The position numbers and the translations under genes were made by a program. From the NCBI GenBank assembly GCA_002811645.1, contig PDIP01000110.1, forward strand, positions 10,156-74,155: DNA of 64,000 nt, read 5' to 3'. Origin of the DNA: Corallochytrium limacisporum Hawaii (lineage: Eukaryota > Protista > Pluriformea). Below the pieces are notes generated by a model. It saw nothing but the letters and a program-made list of their open reading frames with translations. It was not told where the DNA came from and did not search any database. This document shows, one piece after another, positions 44,602-56,100 of the stretch; position 1 is the stretch's first letter; the number at the start of each line of letters is the position of its first letter.

Positions 44602-45489
44602 CCTGCAAATGTTCGCTATGATGTCTCCTTCAGTCTGTATCTGTATTCTGACTTGAATTCAATCACATGTTTCTAAGGGATCACACTCCCTTTCAACTGC
44701 ACCTACCTCTGTAGCTCGGTACAGTCCGGTGTCATGCCAGGCCACTTCGTGCTCGCAACTCCCCGAAATACCAGCAGGTTGCGACCGCGCATTGAGGGTC
44801 CGGCCCGCCAGCGGTCTCAACTGTTCAGGGACATATGAAAATGGAGGGGGGGGAGGAACAGTTGGTGATCGGGGAACAAACCGTAAAATCTAGAAAAATT
44901 TCAATAACAAAAGGACACAGGACAAAGGAAGGGGGAAGGGGGAGGGGGTTTATAGAATCTCCCCGCTGTATTTGAAGGAAGGCGCGGCGAAAAGTGACAA
45001 CAGGTGTGATTCCGTACTCGTTCCGTTTCTTCTGCTCCACCGAACCAGCGAGGGGAGGAGTTTTTTCTTTTTGATGGCTGGCTGTAGTATTGGGAACTGA
45101 GACTGTCTTCTTCGCAAGCATGTGTCGACTCAAGGGGGACGAGGGTTTTACGACGAGGAATCCCCTCACCGAGAACAAAACACGGGTCGTCAGGCGGCAA
45201 GCAAAATTCAGGAATTGGAAAGGGAGGAGGAAGGGGAAAAAGTCCACAGCCTCAGTACTGAATTCTCCCCCCCCCCCGGGGGCAGGGGCCGGGAAACACG
45301 GAACAAGTCATCCCTTTCTTCAATTGACCACGCACGTCGTTCGACCGGACGGTTTCATAACGGAGCCCAACCCTTCGCTAGCAAAGTGACCAGGGCCCTC
45401 GGGCATCGGCGGGGGGCCGGCGCAGGGGAAATATTGGGGAGGGCAGTGAAAGTTGGACTGCAGAATGGGAACCGAGCTTTGGACGTTGA

Positions 45490-46821
45490 TCAGGCCTGCT
45501 CGATGGCTTCGCAGATCTTATGCTCCACCAGCCAGTCGCGGTCCTGGCCCCAAGTGTGCCAGTCGTTGACCTGGAAAGATGGAACGCCCCAGAGGTTGAG
45601 CTCATTGAAGAGGATTTGACGGTTCCGCTCTGTAAGCTCATCTGCTTCAGAGTGATCTCCTTTGAGGAGCTCGGCTACTTTGTCAGTATCTAGCCCGATA
45701 TCCTTAGCGATCTGCAGAATGTTGCTATCCTTGCCCATATCAATGCCTTCCGACCAACTGCGTTTGTTGAAGAGCCAGATGAAGTCGCTGCCTTTACCTT
45801 GTGACCGAGCATACGGGTACACCTTCAGTCCGTTCTGGACGCCACCACCACGGATGGGATCACAAATGAATCCGAATGGAATTCCAATGCTCCGAGCGCG
45901 ACGGGCAGTATCCCGGGCAATGTACATTCGCTTGACATCCGGTACCGGCAGCCCACGGAGAACCATAGGCTTCACGAGATGGAAGTTAAAGTTGATGCGG
46001 TCGTCCTTCTCCCACCTTTGAATATCCGGCATTGCCAGGTAGCTGTATGGACTGCGGATCGAGTAAAATACGGCAACCTTGGGTTTCTTCTTGACTGACG
46101 TCTTGGTCACCTTGTCCAACGTCTTGTTTCCTTTTAGATTCAAAATGTGCGACCCCTTGTGACTGGCGTCTTTAAGTATACCGAGATCCTGCAGGCGATC
46201 TTCGAGGAAGTACAAACGATCAATGCCCCAGTACCACTCACCTTGATAGTAGAGCATGCCACTGAGGTAGTGACCTGTGCTATCCCTTTCCTTCGCATTG
46301 TCATCAAGGACCTTAAGTGCATCGGCATCAGTCACTTCGGAAGGGGCCTTCGACTTCAGGGTGTTCTCGTCACCTGCCCACAGAGCCTTGGCAGCATCCA
46401 AGAAACCATCTAGAGCCTGCTCATTATCGGCCTTGGCAGCAGCCACAGCAATTCTTATCGCCAGATCAAGCTGTGTCTGTGACGGTTGCTTACCGGGATC
46501 ATTGAATTGCAAGCCATAGAACGGTGCAATGTCAGCACAATCGCGGCGGTTATGAACATCCAGCTTTTCAGCCTCTTGTGCAGCCCACGGTGCTGGAGGA
46601 GGCACGACGCGAATATGCAGTTTCGATTTGTAACGCCTCGTGAACTCCTTCAATGACTGTGCGAGCAAATAGGAATGCGCATCATCAAGCTGTAGGTACG
46701 CATACACGTTGTGCTCGCTGAAAGTTCCCATGCGCACCAACTCTCTTGCGGATCGAAAAGTATTCTGTAAGGTCTCTCCCAAGAGAATCCTTACGAAGTA
46801 AGGTGCAATTGCTTGCGACAT
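45490..46821 (-). CDS. Tandem DsbA-like / HCCA-isomerase (GST-kappa) protein, bacterial type
   Basis: Two thioredoxin-like modules: 'YLQLDDAHSYL..GHYLSGMLYYQGEWYWGIDRL' and 'FYSIRSPYSYL..PMVLRGLPVP..LWGVPSF..WGQDR'. First ATG at 46821. Confidence 0.9.
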   Translation of the reverse strand: MSQAIAPYFVRILLGETLQNTFRSARELVRMGTFSEHNVYAYLQLDDAHSYLLAQSLKEFTRRYKSKLHIRVVPPPAPWAAQEAEKLDVHNRRDCADIAPFYGLQFNDPGKQPSQTQLDLAIRIAVAAAKADNEQALDGFLDAAKALWAGDENTLKSKAPSEVTDADALKVLDDNAKERDSTGHYLSGMLYYQGEWYWGIDRLYFLEDRLQDLGILKDASHKGSHILNLKGNKTLDKVTKTSVKKKPKVAVFYSIRSPYSYLAMPDIQRWEKDDRINFNFHLVKPMVLRGLPVPDVKRMYIARDTARRARSIGIPFGFICDPIRGGGVQNGLKVYPYARSQGKGSDFIWLFNKRSWSEGIDMGKDSNILQIAKDIGLDTDKVAELLKGDHSEADELTERNRQILFNELNLWGVPSFQVNDWHTWGQDRDWLVEHKICEAIEQA

Positions 46822-47742
46822 GGTGTATTGATTTTCACTTTGGTTCAACTCCTACCGGTCTTGATCGGCATTGTCACAGCGCATCAGTGGCCTTATGCTT
46901 GTACCTGAGCGCAGAATGGTACGCTTTACTACTCGTGAAATATGTAGTACCCATCTAGCCGAGGACAGGATCGTGAACTGATTTGGAGGTCACAAGCCAG
47001 CTCTACCCCCCCCCTTGCCTGCGCAAAGGTTGAGACCGTCCACCCTATAGTAAAATTATGGACTAGTTGTCGTATTCGATCCCACAATGAAATGGCGTGA
47101 GTCTGCGAACACTTTCGATCTATCTTCCCTTGCAGTGAGCTGATCCGCAGATGCATTGGTAGGTTGATGACTGTCCATTGTTCCATTGCGAAGCTATAAA
47201 TACACTCAGGCTTTTTAGATTTGCGAGTCATAATGAAGACCCCCTTCGCTGTCGGTCGGCCCTCCCCCGTTTCCTTTCTGCCGGGGGGGGGGGCTTTGCG
47301 AATCATCTTCCAGTTCGTACAATAACCGACTGAAATGATTTATTTTGATTTGATTAATTTAAGTATGGGAATGGACTTGCTGTTGGGATTGATTCGTTAA
47401 AGAATCGAACCGTCCGAACCCAGGGCAAGACAAAGTGGCATCCGACCCCGCAGTACAGCGTGTGGAGACCTTGTGGGATTTGGCGCGACAGGTTGGAAAC
47501 TGTGCGCCATAGATGAGATCCTGAGGCCCACCACAAAGAGGGCTAGACCACATTCCTATCTGGAGTACGACCTTCCTGTGGGCTGGAAGCGGTACACAAA
47601 GGCAGGTATTTTTGTGCGATGCCGGTGTCAACCATGACTGTAGCCCTCAAACTTTTGCTCGCCGCACCACAGATTGGCATTCCTCACGAAACATAATGTG
47701 GATTCATTTTGCTTTAATCAACAAGGAATCCAAACTGAAACG

Positions 47743-49513
47743 ATGACAAGCATAACCGGTACGGCTGAAGAGGTATTCTCTGCTTTGCAATTATGGCATT
47801 TGCAGCAGATTGCCATTCGTGATGGCAAAATCCAGGCCTTGCGAAAGCAGGTTCAGGATCAGAACAGTGAGATTGCGGTGTTGCAGGCCCAGCTACGTGA
47901 CATCAAGGATCAACGGGACACTGCCATTCGAGCAGCAGAGCGAGCAAAGCGTAGCCAAGCCAGATACCGGGCATTCAAAGAAGCTGTCGTCAATGCTTTC
48001 CCAGATTCTAGTCGCAGTCCGTCACCGGAAGGTCGCGCTGGCAATAGATCCACTAACAGCATGAGTAGCAGTGGCCGTTCACCACAGTCGAAGGTGAAAC
48101 CGCAGGATCTTCCGCCGCCGCCTCCTCCAGCTGGTGCAGGGGATTCATTCTATGGGCGATCGGCCACTCCAATTCTCGGAGTGTCGGTCAGCGGTGGCGC
48201 CGCTGCTCTGAATTCGACCAGCAGCAGCGCTCGGAGGGTTTGGTCATCACCAGCACCGCCGACCGTACCACCACCACCACCACCAGCAACCGTGACCGCA
48301 AGGGATGCGAGTTGGTCCATCGAATCTGGGCGAATGGACACATCAGGTGCCTCTCCCACGAGAGCGAAAGGTAAGTAACTGTTTCTGCACTTTGGGATCT
48401 ATCGTCATATCTACCCCTCCAACAGGGCCTGTTTGCATTGGGGAAGAAATTTCATATACGGAACATTTTGTATTCAATCCCCAGTGGGTGAAATTGTGCT
48501 GGGGAGCGATTCGGAGAATCAAAGGTCGAAGGTACCTCTGACCTGTTTGAAGCGCTTTGCTTCACGCTAGCTGTCAGTGTTGATGTCTGGGGGATTGTGT
48601 ACAACTGAGAGGTTTAACACAGTACATTACGCTGTGATAATTGGAAATGGAAACCAAACCTGTCCACAGTCCTTGCTCCCCCCCGCGGGGCCCCCGGAGG
48701 GGAGGGGAAGGGAGGGGGGGTAAGAGCACGGTACAAGGGATACGTGAGGTGACATACCTATACGCAGTCGGGACGGAGTAGGCGACGAACAAGACCCACC
48801 GCACCATATACATCCTTGGTATCTTTACCGCTTGGTCGGTACCACATGCCCGAAGTCTGCGTCTGGGTGTCTACGTGTGCCATTCCGAGACCGCAAGGAA
48901 ATACCTGCCATCAACTGCCTGTGAGAGCTCGGTGCAAGTGAACGCAGCTCGCACGTAGTGAAATTTGACGAGCGATGGAGAATTGGGAGGAAGTCGAGAA
49001 AAAATAGGCCCGGGTGATGTGTCACACACACACAAACGAGTACGACACACAACAACCAGACAACCCACCAGCATCAGCCCGCAGTACCTTCCGAATACTG
49101 TACTCCCGAGAGATCGATGTGGGGCATTCGATTGAAGGTGGCGGTTGCAAATTTGTGTGTGATGTCGAACCATCCGGTTGTTTTGCCTTTCAATTTGTAG
49201 CCGCTACGGTCCCCCTTACTTTTCCCTTGGCAAAGAGAGCTAAGAGATGTGGAACCGCGTGCCACACGGACCCACTGCTGCCAGGCATTTCACCACAGTC
49301 AGACTTCAGAGACCAATTCCGGACTAGGGAGAGAAAAGGGTCCCTTATCTCGTAGAGGACAAAAAGAGAAAGAAATGTGTGATGGGACGAAAAGCGTAGT
49401 TTTTCCCCAGCACATCTGTGAGTTCATATGTTGGTATGGTAGTGTCCGTGCGACATAGCATCCTGAGACGAGCTGAAGCATCTCTCGGTGGGTGACGACC
49501 ATATCCACCCGGG

Positions 49514-49546
<33 letters not shown>

Positions 49547-51192
49547 GATTCACGAAAATCACTTTTGGGCGTGTGGATTGTGGGGTTACGAAAATCCATG
49601 GGAGCTCAAAACACACCGAGGCATAGGAAGTGCCCCACATGTGGCCCTTCATCCTTTGCTTCCTCTTTCCCTATTTATTGTTTTGTTTCCCCGTCCCTTC
49701 CACACCGCTACTGGATTGGCGGCCGTCCAGGGGTTTTTCTCCCTCTCCCCTTGCGAACCGGGCCAAAAGAATCCACTGTTGTCGCTTGGAGCCGAGGGAG
49801 AGAGGGGGTGTCACCCGGGCTTAGTGGAAAAATCACAGAAGGGCCACGTCTGAGTAATTTGCTTTCGTATCTTTGACTTGGCGCTGACGCACGCAAGACC
49901 CGGGTTTTTGAACCTCCCACCGGTCCTCGGTTCAAGTTCGTTGCGGTGTTGGGCTGCGCGGAGGGGCACAGCTTGTATAGCAATGGGCATGAATTCCTCC
50001 GGTATACGGTATACTTGCCCTCAGGCACCCAGTTAAGGCGGACTCCAAGCACCAGAGAGATTGACTGATCGGCTTGGCGGCGCGGAATAGCGGCCGGGTG
50101 GGGAAGGGGGGGTATGGGGTTGGTTGGGTGGCAGTACTCTGACCAGACGGAACCGCCACACACATACAACGAGAGATGGAGCGGAGAGCGCACAAGGGAC
50201 GACGAATAAGACGACTGACCGCGTTTCATCCATCGCTACTCTCGAAGTCTGGTGTGCATATGTTCCCCCACCCTTTTTTTTGTACCACGTCCGATTTAGA
50301 TTTTTTTGTGCATTGTCAGTGTGTCTCCTCGTCCGGCCCTGCTCTCTTTGGGTGTGGGTAGGAGAGGATGAGGTGAGAGTTTCAGGCTTTTCAGTCCATA
50401 GCAGCAGCACCAGCGAAAAAGCAAGGAAGCTCCACACAAGAAAGAAAGGGCAGGGTGCAGCGCTCCCTTTCCCCCCCTCCCCTTCTCTTCTTCTTGTCCG
50501 GTCCCCCTCTGTCTCACTCGCCCCTGCAAGTGCGAGAAACCGCCAATACTGAAATTATGGAAATTGGCGAGTGAATTTTTCTCTCGCTCTTGTCTGTCGT
50601 GTCTATCCCGGCCTGTGTATCCCGGGGAGGGAGGAAGGGGCTGCTAGGACAGAGCGGTTCAGAGCCGGCGGTCTAATAGGTCCTATTTGCGATGTGCGGT
50701 AATTGATGTATTGATGATAGGTCTCTTTATTCTTTTCTCGCGAATTCTGATATCTAACTAGTTGTAATCTTCGAATCTTTTTTATATATTTACAAGGAAT
50801 GAAACGTGCATCGTTCGAACCGAAAGAATTCTTCAGGTCGGCCCACTCGGTGCTGTCTAAGGAAAAGGTAAGTTTTTTCCAATTACTCGTGCTGGACAGG
50901 AATACTGGGAAAGGGGGAAGCAAGGGAGCGTCTTTATGGTGAATCCATTGTTTTCACACTCTCACGAACATGAGATTTCAGGAAGGATTTGCTAACTTAT
51001 GTATGTTTTTATTATCTTTACAACTAAATCTTACAGTGGGAACAACTTTTGTCCATCATTAAGCAGCTTAATCACAACAAAATCAGTGGAGATGAGGCGA
51101 TCGAGGAAGCAGCACTACTTTTTGGACCAGATGACAAGGAGCTCGTGATCGACTTCTCCGTCCTCGTCGAACAACGCAAACAAACTGTGTGA
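47743..51192 (+). CDS. At4g15545/NAIP-like coiled-coil protein, spliced: exons 47743-48370, 50797-50867, 51037-51192 (284 aa)
   Basis: Exon 1 is coiled coil '..RYRAFKEAVVNAF' plus Ser/Pro linker; exons 2-3 join in frame to give 'PKEFFRSAHSVLSKEK|WEQLLSIIKQLNHNKISGDEAIEEAALLFGPDDKELVIDFSVLV', matching the family C-terminal domain pattern GKEFF..LS.E.F..FL..IK.LN..A..IFG.DN..L. Total 855 nt, divisible by 3. Confidence 0.85.
48371..50796 (+). other. Spliceosomal intron 1 (2,426 nt, phase 1)
   Basis: AAAG|GTAAGT donor; CTAAC branch point 50754-50758; T-rich tract; ACAAG| acceptor; splicing restores frame (GGA ATG AAA). Confidence 0.78.
49515..49544. repeat. (CA)n microsatellite within the long intron
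   Basis: Seen directly. Confidence 0.93.
50868..51036 (+). other. Spliceosomal intron 2 (169 nt, phase 0)
   Basis: AAG|GTAAGT donor; GCTAAC 50991-50996; TTACAG| acceptor; the join falls mid-domain without a gap. Confidence 0.9.
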
Positions 51193-51348
51193 AACTGAAA
51201 CAGGACATTCAATAACAATGACAACGCGCGTATAAGTCATGCAAAGCGAGTGTTTTGTTTATGTGTTTTGGTAAAATGATGTTACTACAGATGCGGTTCT
51301 TTTCAAATAATTTGCTATGTGGACAAGATTAGTAGAAAGACTTCGAGT

Positions 51349-52407
51349 TCATGATTGTCCACTAAGTTTCCGCCGCTTAGAGCGTCCAGAGTTGTCACTA
51401 CCCTGAGAAGCCTTGTCCTCTTCTTCCTCGTCGTGGTCTTCGTTCTCGTTCTTTTCGGGAGTGCCTTCGGCGCTGTCATCCTTGGCCTTTGACTTCTCAC
51501 GCTCGCGTTTCCGGCGTGCCTGTTCGCGCTTCTTGTCGCCCAGGGTACGTTTCAGCAAGTCTTCTAGACCACGAGTAGTGTCGGTCTGTTTCTGCTTTTC
51601 ACGTTCTGCCTCAGCAATCTTGCGCTTACAGGTTTCCTGCAGAAGCTCCATCTGCTTCTTTGACTCCTCCAGCAAATTGGTAAGTTCTTCAATGGTGTCC
51701 TTTGCTGATGTGTCCTCGTCGTCTAGCGAGTTCTTCTTGTCCAATTGTTCCTGCAGTGAGGAAATGGTAACTTCATAAAGTTTCATCTTGTCTTTTTGGG
51801 TTTCATTCTTTTCTTCGCTGTAAGTCAGGTCCTCTTCGACTCGAGCCAATTCCTTTTCCAAGCGCTTAACAGTCTTGAGGGCTCGACGCGTTTCGTCTTC
51901 GCGCTTGTCGCGTTCTCTCTCGACGTTGGCAATGTCCTCAGCGGAACTCTTGTATTGCCTTTCAATGGCCAAAAAGTTTTGAGTAGTATGTTCAAGCCGC
52001 ATACGGAGGTCATTTACCTCACGACTATGTTCATTCTTCATGACCTCAATGTCTTGCTGCAGGCGATTGATAACCGCCTCCAATTCTTCTTCACGTTCAC
52101 TGTTGCCCTTTTGCATGGGCGGAGGTGGTGGTGGACCACGGTTTGGATCGTAACCGTGACCAGGCGGTGGAGCAGAGTAGCGGTAGTCCTGCTCGTTCTT
52201 GCCGTAGGAGCCCTGGGGTGGAGGAGGACCCTGGGGTGGAGCACCGTAGTGGTGCGGTGGAGGCATGTAGTGAGCAGGAGGAGGATGGCCCTTGTCACCA
52301 TGGTCTCCGTGCTGAGGTGGAGGTCCCCAATAGCCACTGCCGTGGGGTCCTGGGCCACCATGAGGTCTCATCATATTTGGTGGCGAGTGGCGGTAGTCCA
52401 TTGCCAT
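51349..52407 (-). CDS. Uncharacterised protein: Pro/His/Gly/Tyr low-complexity N-terminus, long coiled coil, basic NLS-like C-terminus
   Basis: 352-aa ATG ORF with heptad periodicity; ends 'RSKRRKLSGQS'. Confidence 0.85.
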   Translation of the reverse strand: MAMDYRHSPPNMMRPHGGPGPHGSGYWGPPPQHGDHGDKGHPPPAHYMPPPHHYGAPPQGPPPPQGSYGKNEQDYRYSAPPPGHGYDPNRGPPPPPPMQKGNSEREEELEAVINRLQQDIEVMKNEHSREVNDLRMRLEHTTQNFLAIERQYKSSAEDIANVERERDKREDETRRALKTVKRLEKELARVEEDLTYSEEKNETQKDKMKLYEVTISSLQEQLDKKNSLDDEDTSAKDTIEELTNLLEESKKQMELLQETCKRKIAEAEREKQKQTDTTRGLEDLLKRTLGDKKREQARRKREREKSKAKDDSAEGTPEKNENEDHDEEEEDKASQGSDNSGRSKRRKLSGQS

Positions 52408-52896
52408 TTGGCAGTACGTAGGTTAGTTGGTCTTTCTTGGTGGAGTGCTTAAGCCCCCACAAAAACTTTGCCTTTTGGTGGGCTTCTTGTAGCCTTTCAA
52501 AAGCCTACTGATTCTTTTCCAAGTCGGTAAAAGTACTTGGCAACACTCAATGGCTCTCTCTGAATTCGTGAGTACTCTTAGATTCACTTTTCGCAGATTG
52601 TAAGCCAACCAACTGTGGTCTCACAGTTGATGCAATTACCTGGAATTTAAGAAAAAATGAAATTCATGAATTCGAATACCTTTACTATTTACAATCTCTA
52701 GAGCAACTCTAAACTGCAGCTAAACACATCACAGATGTCACCAAAGCATTCCTGAGATCCTAAGCAATCGCGACACGTACTTTTTACAATCCAGACGCGA
52801 CGTTTACGGTGCGCTGGTGTGGTCCTTCAAACGACCTTTTGTCTTTGCCAAAATGCTCCCCTCTGAGGGACTTGTGCCTCCCCTTCACTCCCCCCC

Positions 52897-53116
52897 NNNN
52901 NNNNNNNNNNNNNNNNNNNNNNNNNNNNNNNNNNNNNNNNNNNNNNNNNNNNNNNNNNNNNNNNNNNNNNNNNNNNNNNNNNNNNNNNNNNNNNNNNNNN
53001 NNNNNNNNNNNNNNNNNNNNNNNNNNNNNNNNNNNNNNNNNNNNNNNNNNNNNNNNNNNNNNNNNNNNNNNNNNNNNNNNNNNNNNNNNNNNNNNNNNNN
53101 NNNNNNNNNNNNNNNN
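52897..53116. other. Assembly gap (N run)
   Basis: n run preceded by a C run. Confidence 0.99.
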
Positions 53117-56100
53117 CCGATCTTCCCCCCGCGGCAGACTCCCTCCACCTTTACGGCCCTTGCCTCCCCCCCCCACTCTTCGTTTGCGGCCACCACTTTC
53201 GATTCTCCCGGCCTTTTCTCTCCCTGTGCTCTGCGCCTCCGCGACCTCCACCCTTGGGTGCCATCTGCAGGTGTTTCTCTCAACGCGAAACTTTGGTTCG
53301 GACTTTTCCCTTCCCCCCCCCCTCCCCTCCCCTCTCCCGACTCAGTGCCAATGCCTCCCTTTTTTGTGTGTTTGCTGTCTCGTCCCCTCCTCTCCCCTCC
53401 CAGACTCCTCGCCCCCACCTCTCCCACCTCTCCTCATCCCTTTTTTTTCTACTCCTCGTCTCTTCCCTATGAACTCACTTTCTTGAAAAGCCGCCTACGG
53501 ACCCCAGCGTCCCACCGCAACCCTGCTGCTGCTCCATCCACCCTCGTCGACACCTTGCCTTCCAATTTTTTTGCTTGCTCGCTGCTTTTCGCTCCCCAAC
53601 ATTTCTCCTCCCTCACGTTTTTCTGAGTCCTCTCCGTGTCTGTATCAAATCGTGAACGTTGTCCACCATTCCTTCTCCCCTCTCCGAGCACAGTCAGTCA
53701 GGGCCGGGTAGCACAGAATAGAAGTATTTTTTTTCTTCCTGCAGCTGGAGTTGAAAATTCTTTTCTGGGGTATTTTTTTTACATTGTGTTTCGCGCAGTT
53801 CAGGCAGGGCAGATATATACACACACACTGTCTCCACACCGTAACGGTCTGGGTGTTTTATTTGCTCCACACCCTGCCCACCTCTCTCTGTCTCTTCCCC
53901 CACCCCCTCCCCTTCCTTCTCCCTGTTCCTCTTCTCTCCGGATCTCTCGCTTTTTCTCGCCCTTATATTTTGTAACACATTTCGGACATATGCTACATAT
54001 ACGGGTGGACATACTCGGGAGTCCATATTCGACGGCAAGCAGCGGCATCCGGCCTGTACGTAGGAGAGACGGTGACATACCGGCTCTTCTGCCGGGAAAA
54101 AGCGAGACCCAGCCAGTAACAATATGACAGGTAGGGCCGTGGGCACCACCTGTGATTTCTTTACCAGTCGGTACACTCCATTCCACTGAGTTCCAAATGG
54201 CTCGCCTGTCTTTTTTTTTTCATACTCCCTTTCAGACGGCCCAATCGTCTTTCCCTCCCACCCCCTCCCCCCAAACAAATACCAGGAGAGGCTACGCCGG
54301 GATCTATTTTCTTGCAACAACAACGAAGTAAATAGACCACCTGCCGGGCTGCGAAAGTACACATGCAAGAGCAGATACCAGCATGCTGACCAGAATAACC
54401 GGGGCAGATGGGGAGCATAAGCACTCGGGGTTCAAGCCATCAGAGCACACACCACACCACACCCAAACACCCCACACTACAACACAGTCATACTCACGAA
54501 CGCACAAAACACACACACTCACAGGTCAACCAGCAGCGTGAGTTCGGTAGATGGTTACATACATATTATTCAGAATTTGACGCAAAATGAGAGACGATCG
54601 AGACTAGAAACAAATATTGGTGCAAGGTGAAACCTTCGCCGTCTGGTTGCATATAATATACCCCCGGTATGACGCCGACTGCCCTTCTGCGAGGGTTTTA
54701 AACCCCACCTTGCCTTCGGCCCCACTTAGTCCTTCGCGCTCCATCACCACCACCCGTCGTCTTGTCGAAAGGGTTGGGTGCTGAGGACATCAAGCTGAAA
54801 AGCTATTGGGAGGTGGGGAGAGACGCGAGGGAAAAGGTTCGCGCGTGCGGTACTTAACTGTGTAGCTACTGGCTGTCGACTCTTAGTATTGCCGTAAATA
54901 CGCGGGAAGTGTTGCACGTTTGTATGGAGTTCGAAACCGACCTATGTAGACTCAGTGCACCGGGTGGGTGGAGTACGTGGAACTCTTAGACGAAGTGTTT
55001 CTGATGAATAAGAGTAAGGCGTCAACTCTAGGAGCACGGGCAAACAAGGCGCAGGCGCAGCAAGCCAATACCAAGAGTCAGTTCTCCCAGCCGGTCTTCA
55101 ATTATTCGAGAGCGGCAGAACCACGCTTGAATTTGATTCGTGTCTGACGCTTCTAGGTTTTACCTTGGGTCCCCGACTGTTGATTCTGTTCCTGCTCTGC
55201 TTCCCCGTCATCTCCTCACCATCATCAAAACGCTTCGTGGGGAAAACCCAGAAGGACAGTACCCGATTCGCTCTTTTGTGTAGCTGCGTACTGGCTATTG
55301 AAATGAGGGCATATGTTCCTGCCACCATCGGACATGTTTTCAACTACTACCACAACGACTTGCATGCATATGTCCGGGAAAAAATATGCCTCGATGACCG
55401 CTGTGACGGCAAAGGTCGGTATTATGCCAACCGGAACTATATGGTCGTTATTGGCAATGACCAAGTGTGGGGCAGCAACAGAAGGCCCTCCCTAGCATTT
55501 TTTCCTTTCCCTTCCATCTCTTGCTGCAATCGATGAATCATACCCGGACACATACCGGGACCGTAAGCTCCATTCTCTGGCTGCCCCAAACACGATTAAA
55601 GACAAAAACACAGGGTTGTAAGGAAGCAGTTTGCCATATTCTAGAAGCGAAAAAAAAAAACGAAACTCTCCTCCTGCATGAGCGCAAGCCAAAGGGTGCA
55701 ACCGACGGGACCGCCAAAACCTACGATGATCATCTGATTACCTATCTCTAAATGCATATGATGGTGATGAGCATGCTGACCAGTGACCTAAGAGCAAAGA
55801 AATCATTGTCGCATCCCATGTCGTAAGAAGGGAAATTGACAACAGACACATGTGGTAACAAATTGTGAGTTGTTGGGAAGAATTACCGTTGTGGCTAGCG
55901 GGCACTACACCACGATCACCAACGTTTGAGAGATTACACTCCGCTCGGAATGCACAGGACAAGCACTAAGGATACCTTGTAGAAACATTCATCGAACAGA
56001 ACGTGGTATTGGCATCCACAGGAAGCCAACACTGGCGAGAACAACATGTTGCAGCCTGGTCGACGACGAATTTGCAGGAAAATTCCCGTACTGATAAATC

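Noticed and set aside
48376-48570. Readthrough of TAA 48376 to supply the NAIP C-terminal domain
   Set aside because: Only superficial similarity; the real domain is encoded at 50797-51192
50982-51000. 19-nt micro-exon inside intron 2 (TTTCAG before, GTATGT after)
   Set aside because: Would shift the frame, and the domain aligns without a gap; could only be a poison exon and there is no evidence for that
51413-52452. Plus-strand ORFs opposite the coiled-coil gene
   Set aside because: Antisense shadows with no independent motifs
54928-54938. tRNA suggested by B-box-like GTTCGAAACC
   Set aside because: No T-stem, acceptor stem or A-box at the right spacing
54982-55015. Hammerhead ribozyme around CTGATGA at 55001
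   Set aside because: No room for stems I and III and no correctly placed GAAA
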